Assembly: GCA_023460995.1 (NCBI GenBank)
Contig: JAEWOE010000001.1
Span: 10,664 to 74,663 of the forward strand
Direction of reading: 5' to 3'
Source of the DNA: Bacillota bacterium
GTDB lineage: Bacteria; Bacillota_I; Bacilli_A; RF39; UBA660
Length of the DNA stretch: 64,000 nt
Position numbers and translations under genes: made by a program. Numbering within the stretch: the stretch's first letter is position 1; each line of letters begins with the position of its first letter. Below are positions 8,885 through 18,696 of the stretch, one piece after another. A model generated the notes under the pieces. It saw nothing but the letters and a program-made list of their open reading frames with translations, had not been told where the DNA came from and made no database searches.

Positions 8885-10288
8885 ATGAATAAATATGATG
8901 CTATAATTGTTGGTGCTGGTCCTTCAGGGATATTTTGTGCCTATGAACTAATTAATAAGAATCCTAAAATGAATATTTTAATATTAGAAAAAGGACATGA
9001 AGTATCTAAAAGGATCTGCCCCAAAAGAAAAACAGGTAAGTGTGTCAACTGTAATCCTTGTAATATAACATGTGGTTTTTCAGGAGCTGGAGCTTTTAGT
9101 GACGGCAAACTTACACTAGCTAAACAAGAAACTGGTGGTAATTTATCTGAACTTATTGGACCTGATAAAACGGAAGAATTAATAAAGAAAATAGACGATA
9201 TTTATTTAAGTTTTGGAGCTGATACTAAACTACATGGTGTAGATAATAAAGAAGCTATTGCGACTATCAGAAAAAAAGCTATACAAGCTGATTTAAAACT
9301 TATTGAAAGCCCTATTAGACATTTAGGCACTGAGGCAAGTTATGAAATATATGGTAAATTAGAGAAGTTCTTAATTAAGCATGGTGTAACTATTATGTTT
9401 GATACAATGGTAGTAGATATTATTGAAGACAGTGGCACTATAAAAGGTATAGCTACAAAAAAGGATGAATTTTACTCTGATGTAGTAGTAGTTGGTTCTG
9501 GAAGAGAAGGATCTGCTTGGTTTCAAGAAATATGTAAGAAGCACCATATTGAGTCAGTACCGGGAACTGTAGATATTGGCGTTAGAGTTGAATGCCGCGA
9601 TGAAATAATGAAAGAATTAAATGATGCAATGTATGAATCAAAACTAGTTTACTATACTAAAACATTCAGTGATAAAGTTCGTACTTTTTGTCAAAATCCT
9701 TCTGGTGAAGTAGCACTCGAAAACTATACTCTTTCAAGTGGTAAACACTTAACTACGGTTAATGGCCATGCCTACAAAGGAGACAGTCTAAAAACAGAAA
9801 ATACTAACTTTGCTATCTTAGTATCTAAAAACTTTACTGAGCCATTTAAAGAACCTTTAGAATATGGTGTTGCTATCGCTTCACTTGCCAATATGCTTGC
9901 TGGTGGTGGTGTATTAGTGCAAAGTTATGGTGATTTTAAAAAACACCGCAGAAGTACTCCAGAACGTATTAGATCAGGTAATGTTGTTCCAACTTTGAAA
10001 GATGCTGTTCCAGGTGATTTATCAGCTGTTATCCCATATCGTATTTTTGAAGATATAATTGAAATGCTTGAAGCTATGGATAAAATAGTTCCAGGTATAG
10101 CAAATAACGAAACACTTTTATATGGAGTTGAGGTTAAATTTTACTCTAATAAAGTTATAATTGGCAAAGATTGCCAAACTAATATAAAAGGTTTATATAG
10201 TGTTGGTGATTCATCATCTTGGACTAGAGGGTTATCACTTGCTTCAGCTATGGGATTATATGCAGCTGATAATATTCTTAATATTTAA
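8885..10288 (+). CDS. FAD-dependent oxidoreductase (COG2509-like NAD(FAD)-utilising dehydrogenase)
   Basis: N-terminal Rossmann YDAIIVGAGPSGIFCA. Start at the ATG 8885, which has RBS GAGAGGA upstream (the track start 8861 is a TTG). Confidence 0.7.
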   Translation: MNKYDAIIVGAGPSGIFCAYELINKNPKMNILILEKGHEVSKRICPKRKTGKCVNCNPCNITCGFSGAGAFSDGKLTLAKQETGGNLSELIGPDKTEELIKKIDDIYLSFGADTKLHGVDNKEAIATIRKKAIQADLKLIESPIRHLGTEASYEIYGKLEKFLIKHGVTIMFDTMVVDIIEDSGTIKGIATKKDEFYSDVVVVGSGREGSAWFQEICKKHHIESVPGTVDIGVRVECRDEIMKELNDAMYESKLVYYTKTFSDKVRTFCQNPSGEVALENYTLSSGKHLTTVNGHAYKGDSLKTENTNFAILVSKNFTEPFKEPLEYGVAIASLANMLAGGGVLVQSYGDFKKHRRSTPERIRSGNVVPTLKDAVPGDLSAVIPYRIFEDIIEMLEAMDKIVPGIANNETLLYGVEVKFYSNKVIIGKDCQTNIKGLYSVGDSSSWTRGLSLASAMGLYAADNILNI

Positions 10289-10294
10289 TAAATA

Positions 10295-10323
10295 AAAAAT
10301 CCTTATAAAAAAAGGATTTTTTT
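10295..10323 (+). terminator. rho-independent terminator
   Basis: aaaaatcctt-ataaaaa-aaggattttt stem-loop followed by T-run. Confidence 0.6.
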
Positions 10324-10353
10324 ATGATAAAATAGAACTATGGAGGTGATAGT

Positions 10354-11574
10354 ATGAATGAACCGCTTGCTGTAAAACTAAGACCAACTAAAACTAGTGA
10401 AATAATTGGACAATCTCATTTAGTTGGAGAAAATAAAATAATTAGTAATATGGTTAAAAACGGAAAACTTTTTTCAATGATTTTGTATGGTAAGCCAGGT
10501 ATAGGCAAAACTACTATCGCCCTTGCTATTGTAAATGAACTTGCACTAAGATATCGTATGCTTAATGCCGTTATTAATAATAAAAAAGATTTTGATATCG
10601 TTGTAGAAGAAGCAAAAATGTATAAAGGTATGGTTGTTATAATGGACGAAATACATCGTCTAAATAAAGATAAACAAGACTTACTTCTACCCTACTTGGA
10701 GTCTGGTTTAATTACTTTAATAGGAATTACTTCATCTAACCCTTATCACTCTATTAATCCAGCAATTAGAAGTAGATGTCAAATATATGAGTTAAAACAA
10801 CTTGAATTTGATGACATAGTTATTGGTTTAAAAAAGGCTGTTAAATCTAAAACACTTCCAAATTTAAAGATTGATAAAAAAAGTATTGAGGCCATAGCTA
10901 CTATCGCTTGTGGTGATCTTAGAAGCGCTTACAATTTACTTGAGGTTTGTTATTATAGTACTAGTGATGGTAAAGTTAATATGGATGTTATTAAAGCTAC
11001 TAATAGTAAACCTGTATTCTTTCATGATAAAAATGATGATGGACACTACGATGTATTATCTGCTTTTCAAAAATCGATTAGAGGATCTGATGTTAATGCT
11101 TCTTTACATTATTTAGCAAGACTTATTGAAGCTGAAGATTTGGATAGTATATATAGAAGAATGACTGTTATTGCTTATGAAGATATAGGCCTTGCTAATC
11201 CAACTATGGGTCCTAAAGTAAATGCATGTATTAATGCCTGTGAAAGAGTTGGTTTACCTGAAGCAAGAATAGTATTATCTGCAACTATTATTGAACTTGC
11301 TTTATCTCCTAAATCAAATAGTGCTGAAACAGCTATAGACATAGCTTTAAATGATATTAGAAGTGGTAAATCAGGACATATACCTAATCATATAAAAACT
11401 AGTAGTACTACATACTTATATCCTCATAGTTATCCAAATGGATATGTTAAACAACAATATTTACCTGATGAATTAAAAAATAAAGAATATTATAATCCTA
11501 AAACTACTAGTAAATATGAGCGTGGTCTTAAAGAAGTATATGACAAGATAAAAGAAATAAATAAAAACACATAG
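10354..11574 (+). CDS. rarA: replication-associated recombination protein A (AAA+ ATPase)
   Basis: LRPTKTSEIIGQSHLVGENKII…ILYGKPGIGKTTIALAIVNEL (Walker A), DEIHRLNK sensor motif, MgsA/RarA C-terminal helical region. Confidence 0.85.
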   Translation: MNEPLAVKLRPTKTSEIIGQSHLVGENKIISNMVKNGKLFSMILYGKPGIGKTTIALAIVNELALRYRMLNAVINNKKDFDIVVEEAKMYKGMVVIMDEIHRLNKDKQDLLLPYLESGLITLIGITSSNPYHSINPAIRSRCQIYELKQLEFDDIVIGLKKAVKSKTLPNLKIDKKSIEAIATIACGDLRSAYNLLEVCYYSTSDGKVNMDVIKATNSKPVFFHDKNDDGHYDVLSAFQKSIRGSDVNASLHYLARLIEAEDLDSIYRRMTVIAYEDIGLANPTMGPKVNACINACERVGLPEARIVLSATIIELALSPKSNSAETAIDIALNDIRSGKSGHIPNHIKTSSTTYLYPHSYPNGYVKQQYLPDELKNKEYYNPKTTSKYERGLKEVYDKIKEINKNT

Positions 11575-11592
11575 ATCAATCTATGTGTTTTT
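11563..11592. terminator. bidirectional rho-independent terminator shared by rarA and malQ
   Basis: cacataga-tcaa-tctatgtg stem flanked by an A-run and a T-run. Confidence 0.6.
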
Positions 11593-12987
11593 TATAATAT
11601 GAAGTCTTTCTTTTAAATCACTAAACTCTTCAATCTTCCATCTAAAATTATTTATATTTACCTCACCCGGTGTATTCCAAATAGTAGAATCATCTAAACC
11701 AAGTATATCTTGAATTAAAAAAATTGTATATTTATGATTAAGACCTAATGTGTAATTAATAACTTTCTCATTAATAGAGTTACCCTTTATTTCTCTTAAA
11801 TAATAATTAATATTTCTTTTATTATTTTCATCTAAGTTATTATACCAACCTATTATAGTTTTATTATCATGATTACCTGGATAAACAATTAAATTATAAT
11901 TATCTAAAAATTCATCTTTTTGGTCATGAAGAGTATACTGTAATATTTTCATACCAGTTAAATTATATTTATCACGAAGATCATAAACTTCTTTTCTAAG
12001 ATTTCCCAAATCTTCAACTAAAAATCTATTACTATCATATTTAGTAAATACTTTATTTAATAGATTACTACCGGGTCCAAGTTCAAAGGTACCATATATA
12101 GCATCTTTATCAACTGGTATTTTATAATATGTATCAAGTGCCCTAAAATGATCTATTCTTATAATATCATATATCTTATAAGCAAATTCAAATCTATCCA
12201 TCCAGTATTCATAATTGTTATAAGACATATACTTATAATTATATAAAGGATGCCACCATTTTTGACCATCTTTTCTAAAGTAATCTGGACTAGCACCAGA
12301 ACAATATTCCATTTTATCCTTATTAAGTAAAAAATTATCTCTATATGCCCAAACTTCAGCTGAATTATAAGCTGAATACATAGGCATATCCCCTATTATT
12401 TTAATGTTTTTACTGTTAGCATAATTCTTAATATTAAGCCATTGTTTCATGCATATGTATTGTAGAAAAACATAAAATTCTGTTTCTTGATCAGTTCTCA
12501 TATTATTAAAATAATCTAAACAAATTTTATCCCAGTAGTTCCAATTTAGTTTATATAGATTATAAAATTTACTGTAAACGGCATATAAATAAGCCCATTT
12601 GTTTTCATTTTTAAACACACTATAATCATTTGGTATATTTAACTGAAATTTATTAAATGCTTTTTTATACATTTTATACTTATAATCATGAGCATAATCA
12701 TAATCAACCATACCATCAGTAATATACGCTACTAAATCATCTTCATCTAATAAGCCATCTTTAACAAGGAAATCTAAAGATATAAATAGTGGTTCAATAG
12801 AGTTAGAGGCGTAAGAACTATATGGGCAGTGAAATTTATCTATAGGGTTAAGAGGAAGGATGTTCCATAATGTCATCTTGTTTTCGTTTAATATGTCAAT
12901 AAATTCAAAAGCTTCTTTTCCAAAATCTCCTACACCATACTTAGAAGGTAATGCGAATATAGGCATAAGTAAACCTGTTTCTTTCAT
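11581..12987 (-). CDS. malQ: 4-alpha-glucanotransferase (amylomaltase, GH77)
   Basis: MKETGLLMPIFALPSKYGVGDFG N-terminus and GDMPMY… catalytic region typical of GH77. Confidence 0.85.
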   Translation of the reverse strand: MKETGLLMPIFALPSKYGVGDFGKEAFEFIDILNENKMTLWNILPLNPIDKFHCPYSSYASNSIEPLFISLDFLVKDGLLDEDDLVAYITDGMVDYDYAHDYKYKMYKKAFNKFQLNIPNDYSVFKNENKWAYLYAVYSKFYNLYKLNWNYWDKICLDYFNNMRTDQETEFYVFLQYICMKQWLNIKNYANSKNIKIIGDMPMYSAYNSAEVWAYRDNFLLNKDKMEYCSGASPDYFRKDGQKWWHPLYNYKYMSYNNYEYWMDRFEFAYKIYDIIRIDHFRALDTYYKIPVDKDAIYGTFELGPGSNLLNKVFTKYDSNRFLVEDLGNLRKEVYDLRDKYNLTGMKILQYTLHDQKDEFLDNYNLIVYPGNHDNKTIIGWYNNLDENNKRNINYYLREIKGNSINEKVINYTLGLNHKYTIFLIQDILGLDDSTIWNTPGEVNINNFRWKIEEFSDLKERLHIIKNT

Positions 12988-13128
12988 ATTATCACCATAT
13001 AAATTATAGCATTTAATTCTTTAATGAGATACTTATTTTATAATCTTCTTTATTTAATAATGTAAACATAGTATTTTATTTCTTGAAATGGATATAAATT
13101 TGAGGTATATTAAAATTGAGGTGAGCAT

Positions 13129-13802
13129 ATGGAAACAACTGATGCTGAAGAAATAATAGATGTTATGGATTTAGTTGATGATTTATTATTATCAATTTAC
13201 CTGCGCTTATTAAATTATCTTACTACACTAAAAAGCAAAACCAAACTGGTTTAAATGATGATTCAATTAGTAAAGATATGAAAAATATTGTTATTAAACT
13301 ACTTAAAATAATGCAAAATTCTAGTCAGGTATATTATGAAGCACTAAATGATTTATCTATGCTTGAAGCTGATGATATTCAAAGAGAGTGTGATAATAGA
13401 GCATTATCCATAGAGGATTTTAACGATAAAATTCATGAAATGAAAGACTTCTGTTTTTATCAGTTATTACTTGGTGCAATTTCTGATGGAAAAGAAATAA
13501 CTTATAATTATATGTACAAGTCAAGCGATATATTATCTTTAATACTATCAAATAATAATGAAAGCGCCTTTATAGAAATTACTAATGCTTTTGGAATTGA
13601 TATTCCTGATGAATTAAATATATATATATATCAAGTTCTGCTGCTAATATGGAAGCTATAACAAAAAATCGATCTAAGTTAATTAGTGAGTATCACAAAA
13701 ATTATATTGATAATAATATTAAAAATAAATTAAAATTACAAGGTGAAGTTAAAACTGAAGAAGTAGTAGATTTATTTACTAAAACTAGTTTTGTAAATAT
13801 GT
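13129..13802 (+). pseudogene. hypothetical gene fragmented into three frames (13129-13253, 13278-13661, 13649-13802)
   Basis: Good RBS GAGGTGA before the ATG 13129. Frame switches coincide with an A5/A4 tract (about 13230-13240) and an (AT)7 dinucleotide repeat (13618-13631). The 3' piece MEAITKNRSKLISEYHKNY… is open only in the shifted frame. Confidence 0.25.
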
Positions 13803-13920
13803 AAGTATATAAAATGACACTATAAAATATGAAATAGATTGGGTATACACTTAATTTATTTTATATTTTTTATTATATTATTAGCTTGCTGTGTAGTCTT
13901 AAAAAAACACCATAAGGTGT

Positions 13921-14859
13921 TTAATTTTCTAATATGAATAACTCTAAACCTAAATCTTTATTAATAGATCCTCTTTTTATATCATAATCCAAATCAGCAA
14001 GTTTTTTTATTAAACTAAGTAAAGTTTCACTATCATACTTCTTTAAAGAATCTCTCATGTAATATAAGTAACCTGGCTTAACACCTAAAATAGTAGCAAT
14101 CTCTACATCCTTATATCCTTTATTAAATAGTTCTTTAGTTTGATATAAACTTCTAATTTTATTCGCAAGAGATATTACTATTGAAATAGGTTCTTCATTC
14201 ATTTTAAGCATTTCATGATAAATATTAACAGCTTTTTCTTTATTTTTACTTACAATATTATCAATAAGTAAAAACAAATTAGCTTCAACATTTTCATAAG
14301 TTAGATTGATAATATCTTCATCAGTAATAACTAAATCATCATCTTTATATATTTTAATCTTTATTATTTCTTGATTAAGTAAATCTAAATTATTCCCTAC
14401 TCTATCTACAAGCAATTTAATTTGTTTACTATTTATTTTAAACTTTCCAAACAATGACATTATCACTTCATCTATATTTTCACTACTATTTAACTCTTTA
14501 ACAGTTCCTATTTTTTTAACTAGCTTAACTATTTTTTTTCTCTCATCTAGTTTATTATCAAAAACAGTAAAGATAATAATAGTACTTGGGTTAATATTAC
14601 TTAAATATTTTTCTAGTTTTTCTATATTTTGATCTAATGTAAGTTTTTTTGCCGTAAATATAACTGCATTATTAACAATAATCATTTTTTTATCAGCAAA
14701 CATAGAAAAAGTTTCAGCATCTTCTAAAACATCTTCAATTAAATCGCTGTTTAAATCGAAATGACTTATATTAATTTCTTCCATATTATTTTCATTTTTA
14801 ATCTTATCTATCTCTCGATTAAGAAGAAATTTTTCTAAGCTGTAAAGTAAATAAACCAT
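13921..14859 (-). CDS. holA: DNA polymerase III subunit delta
   Basis: MVYLLYSLEKFLLNREIDKIK… N-terminus, about 310 aa, typical HolA architecture and length. Confidence 0.7.
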   Translation of the reverse strand: MVYLLYSLEKFLLNREIDKIKNENNMEEINISHFDLNSDLIEDVLEDAETFSMFADKKMIIVNNAVIFTAKKLTLDQNIEKLEKYLSNINPSTIIIFTVFDNKLDERKKIVKLVKKIGTVKELNSSENIDEVIMSLFGKFKINSKQIKLLVDRVGNNLDLLNQEIIKIKIYKDDDLVITDEDIINLTYENVEANLFLLIDNIVSKNKEKAVNIYHEMLKMNEEPISIVISLANKIRSLYQTKELFNKGYKDVEIATILGVKPGYLYYMRDSLKKYDSETLLSLIKKLADLDYDIKRGSINKDLGLELFILEN

Positions 14860-14976
14860 TTAAATCCTTCTTTCCATATCTATTTTAATTACTTTTATAT
14901 TATATCATGTATACAAATTATGATAAAGTCAAAATAAAATATTTACAAAAAAAAATAAGTATCTATTTGATACTTA

Positions 14977-15612
14977 TTAAAAATCTTTATTTTGAAATAT
15001 CTTTAGAGATACAATATAAGATATATATAATATAATTAAAGTTAATGCTGGCATTATATAAAAACCATATTTATCAATAAAAGAAATTATAGCAGGTGGA
15101 TTAATTTCATTAATATTAATTACCGATAATAATGCACCACCTAATGCAGTAATAAGAAATACAATAATAAAAAGAAATAGTCTACCTTTTTCATTACCAA
15201 ATTTATATATAAATGGATACATTAGTGAAACAACTAAAGTTATTCCAAATAAACCGCCAATTAGTGTACTCATTATTTCTTCGTAATTAGTATCCCCTTT
15301 TATATTTCCTATGATTATTGAAGCTAATACGGAAATTACCGAACTTATTATAATAAGTAATATTGTAGAAATATACTTACTTCTTACAATTGTCTTTTTA
15401 CCACCTGGAAGTGTTATAGCATAAGCATTCCATTTGTTAAATTCATCATAACTAAAAGTTGATATACACATCATTACTGCAAAAAACGGAATTATGAAAG
15501 AAATAGTCGCCATATCATTAAAAGCCATTACTGTAAATCCAACTAATGCAATAGCTAAAGTCCTAATATTTCCTTTAATTAGATATAAGTCTTTTAATAC
15601 TAATCCCTTCAT
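14977..15612 (-). CDS. ABC-2 family transporter permease
   Basis: Six predicted TM helices. Start overlaps the stop of the upstream ATPase. Part of a YtrA-type GntR-ATPase-permease operon. Confidence 0.6.
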   Translation of the reverse strand: MKGLVLKDLYLIKGNIRTLAIALVGFTVMAFNDMATISFIIPFFAVMMCISTFSYDEFNKWNAYAITLPGGKKTIVRSKYISTILLIIISSVISVLASIIIGNIKGDTNYEEIMSTLIGGLFGITLVVSLMYPFIYKFGNEKGRLFLFIIVFLITALGGALLSVININEINPPAIISFIDKYGFYIMPALTLIILYISYIVSLKIFQNKDF

Positions 15613-16478
15613 TATTTCACCCCTTTTATGTTAAGAACCATAATATCTTCAAGAGTAGCCTTATCTACTATCATATTTTTATATTTTTTAGTAATTTTTC
15701 TTCTATCATTTACTAAAATTTCATAATTATATCGGTTCTTTTTAAATCTAACAATATCTTCTTTGTCTATTTTATCAAAATCTTTTTCTTCTATTTTTAA
15801 AACTCCATAATTATCAAGAATGGAATCTCTAGAATCGTTTAAAATGATTTTACCTTCATCAATAAAAACAATGTAATCAGCTATATGTTCTAAATCGCTT
15901 GTTATATGAGTAGAAAGTAAAATTGAATTTTTCTCATCTTGAATAAAGTTTAAAAATATATCTAGTATTTCTGTTCTTACAACAGGGTCAAGACCACTAG
16001 TAGGTTCATCTAAAATGAGAAGTTTTGGTTTATGAGCAAGAGCTGCTGCTATTTCTAGTTTTTTACGCATACCTTTAGAAAAAGTCTTTATAGCTTGATT
16101 AAATGGAATATTAAATTCCTTTAAATATTTATCGTATAGATTATTATCCCAGTTGGCATAAATACTATTCATAACACTTTTTATATCATTAGCGTTAAGT
16201 AGTTCAGGAAAGAAAGAATTATCAAGTACAACACCGATATCTTCTTTTACTGTACTATCCTTAAAGTCTTTATCAAACAGTTTAATATCACCGCCATCAA
16301 TTTTAATAATACCAAGTAAACTCTTTATTAGAGTTGTTTTACCGGCACCGTTTTCACCAATCAAGCCAACTATAGATCCACTAGGAATATTTAAGTTAAT
16401 ATTTTTTAGTGAAAAACTATCATAATTTTTGCATAATTTTTTAATTTCTATATTATTCTTCATCATTTTCCTCCTCAT
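15612..16478 (-). CDS. ABC transporter ATP-binding protein
   Basis: Walker A GENGAGKTTL, signature/Walker B, LSTHITSDLE H-loop region. Confidence 0.85.
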   Translation of the reverse strand: MRRKMMKNNIEIKKLCKNYDSFSLKNINLNIPSGSIVGLIGENGAGKTTLIKSLLGIIKIDGGDIKLFDKDFKDSTVKEDIGVVLDNSFFPELLNANDIKSVMNSIYANWDNNLYDKYLKEFNIPFNQAIKTFSKGMRKKLEIAAALAHKPKLLILDEPTSGLDPVVRTEILDIFLNFIQDEKNSILLSTHITSDLEHIADYIVFIDEGKIILNDSRDSILDNYGVLKIEEKDFDKIDKEDIVRFKKNRYNYEILVNDRRKITKKYKNMIVDKATLEDIMVLNIKGVK

Positions 16479-16839
16479 ACAGATAATTAATTATTTCAAG
16501 TATTTCCTCTTTAGAAATTTTATAGATATTTGCAATAGATATAGCACTACTAATATTCATTTCTATTTTTTTAAGAATTTCTTCCTTTAATAAACTACTA
16601 CTTTTTCCTTTAACAAAAAACCCTTTACTAGATAAGGCTTCAATATAATCTTCTTTTTCAAGTTCTTCATATGCTTTTTTAGTAGTTATAACGCTTATTC
16701 TTAAATCTCTCGCAAGACTTCTTATTGATGGTAACATCTCACCACCTTGTAAATCTCCATTTATTATAAGCTCTTTTATACGCTCTTTAATTTGCTCATA
16801 AATCGGTTTATTACTACTATTACTTATAATAATTTGCAT
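16453..16839 (-). CDS. GntR family transcriptional regulator (YtrA subfamily, short)
   Basis: wHTH KPIYEQIKERIKELIINGDLQGGEMLPSIRSLARDLRISVITTKKAYEELE. 128 aa with a short C-terminal extension typical of YtrA-like regulators of ABC operons. Confidence 0.8.
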   Translation of the reverse strand: MQIIISNSSNKPIYEQIKERIKELIINGDLQGGEMLPSIRSLARDLRISVITTKKAYEELEKEDYIEALSSKGFFVKGKSSSLLKEEILKKIEMNISSAISIANIYKISKEEILEIINYLYEEENDEE

Positions 16840-16856
16840 TTACTCCACCTCTTAAC

Positions 16857-16896
16857 TGTATATATACAATATATACACTATAAAGATGTTTGTCAA
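16857..16896 (-). promoter_or_regulatory. sigma-A promoter (TTGACA-17-TATATT) with perfect 12-bp palindrome TGTATATATACA overlapping the -10 box
   Basis: Minus strand: TTGACA (16896-16891), 17-nt spacer, TATATT (16873-16868). The palindrome 16857-16868 is a candidate GntR autoregulatory operator. A direct half-repeat ATATATACA follows. Confidence 0.4.
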
Positions 16897-16927
16897 GATA
16901 AAATAAAAAAAATTATTAAATAATTTT

Positions 16928-17671
16928 TTATCCTAACACAACATCAAGTACCATCATAATAGTAAAACCAATCATAACGCCAAGAGTTCCATAATTTTTG
17001 TCCTTACCTGTTTGTGAGGTTGGAATAAGCTCATTTATTACGACATAGATCATACATCCTGCCGCTAAAGCAAGTAAAAATGGTAATATTGGACCTAATA
17101 AATTTATAAGTACAATAGTAACAATTCCAGCGATAGGTTCAACTACTCCTGATAAAAAACCATACGAAAAGGCTTTTCTTTTTGTAAATCCAAGTCCTTT
17201 TAAAGGCATAGAAATAATTGTCCCTTCAGGTATATTTTGTATACCAATACCAATAGCGAGTGAAAAAGCTGAAGCTAGTGTAATCATATCGTTTCCTGTA
17301 AAAAGACCTGCAAAAGCAACTCCTACAGCCATTCCTTCAGGTATATTATGAATAGTTACTGCAAGCATTAACATAGAATTTTGTTTTCCCTCTTCTAACT
17401 TATAATAACCTATTATATAATCAATAAGCATCATTAGTAGAATTCCTGATATAAACCCAAGAGATGCACTTACTATTCCACCAGAGTCAATTGAAGGAAT
17501 AATTAGTGACCATATAGAAGCAGCGACCATTAAACCGCTTGCTAAACCCAGTAATAGTTTATTTATATTGGCTTTAATATCATTTTTAAGTAAAAATACT
17601 AACCCAGCACCTAACGTAGTTCCTGCAAAAGGAATTAAAATACCTAATGTAGTATTTAATAAATTATTCAT
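16928..17671 (-). CDS. zupT: ZIP family metal (zinc) transporter
   Basis: HNIPEGMAVGVAFAG and related ZIP signature helices. Start set at the ATG 17671 (MNNLLNTTLG). The track start 17680 is a GTG. Confidence 0.8.
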   Translation of the reverse strand: MNNLLNTTLGILIPFAGTTLGAGLVFLLKNDIKANINKLLLGLASGLMVAASIWSLIIPSIDSGGIVSASLGFISGILLMMLIDYIIGYYKLEEGKQNSMLMLAVTIHNIPEGMAVGVAFAGLFTGNDMITLASAFSLAIGIGIQNIPEGTIISMPLKGLGFTKRKAFSYGFLSGVVEPIAGIVTIVLINLLGPILPFLLALAAGCMIYVVINELIPTSQTGKDKNYGTLGVMIGFTIMMVLDVVLG

Positions 17672-17674
17672 AAA

Positions 17675-17706
17675 AAGCACCCCATATCTTAATATATGAG
17701 GTGCTT
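17675..17706 (-). promoter_or_regulatory. RBS-sequestering hairpin in the zupT leader
   Basis: mRNA AAGCACC-(18 nt)-GGTGCTT. The 3' arm overlaps the SD GGGGTG, which lies 6 nt before the ATG. Direct repeats TTATCTAT at 17726-17733 and 17740-17747 lie just upstream. Confidence 0.3.
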
Positions 17707-17739
17707 ATATTTTTGCTAGTTTAAATTATCTATAAATAA

Positions 17740-18543
17740 TTATCTATTAACATTTTGTTTTATTATTTGTTTTGGTTTTTCACAGTACTGATTATATATA
17801 TAAGATAGTTTTGATTCTAAAGAAGCATATACAACTTTATAAATAAGATTCCCTTGTTTTTTTAGATCAAAACCTAAGTCAAAAGTAATTAATAATTTTA
17901 TTACATCTTCCCTCTTCATATATTTGCAAAGAGTATTAATAAGTGCAACAATATCATTATTAAAATAGTATTTTTGTAATTTTTCTTTATCAAAAAGTTT
18001 CTCAAATTTCTCTACTAATTTCACTTCTTCATCATAAAATTTGGTTTTTTTGTTAAATATTCTTCTAGCAGTTAAATCTGTATAGCCTTCATTAAAAGCC
18101 TTCGCAAAAACTAAATTGTTAGAATAGTTTAAAAATCCACTTTGCTAAAACTGTTTATCCTTATCGTAATAAGAACTAGCTAAATGAATTAGTTCATGTT
18201 CTAATGAAGAAATTAAAGAGTAAGATAAAATATTATTTTTACTATCATATTTTCCCTTGATACCTAATAACAGTAAAGACAACTGCTTTTCTATTTCAAC
18301 TGTCTTTAAATTATTATATAAATTATATAAATTTTCTTTAGATATACTTTTTTCTAGTAGTTGGACCATATCTTTGATCTCTTTAGGAATAACAATATCT
18401 TTATTAACACTTGTAACATATCCAGTTTTTATATTATTAAAGTTTGCTATAATTTTCTTTTCTTGGCATTTACTTAAAATATAGTTTGTAGCGCCATTTG
18501 CTAACATAAGTGGTGCTAAATAAAGTGGTGATATAGTTTCCAT
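17740..18543 (-). pseudogene. HExxH-motif protein (putative metallopeptidase-like) interrupted by a single in-frame TAG at 18145-18147
   Basis: ORFs 18145..18543 and 17740..18024 are in the same frame. The 120 nt between them contain no other stop (QSGFLNYSNNLVFAKAFNEGYTDLTARRIFNKKTKFYDEEV…). HELIHLASSYYD motif is upstream of the stop. Reconstructed length about 267 aa. Confidence 0.4.
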
Positions 18544-18696
18544 AATAGTTCCTCCATGTAGGTATATTATAACTACATAAAAATTAATGTCAAATTGAAT
18601 ATATTATATCTTTACTGTATGAAAAAAAGATACTTCCTAGTATCTTTCAAGTTATCTTTACATATGTAAAATAAATATTTATATTTTTCTTTATCA

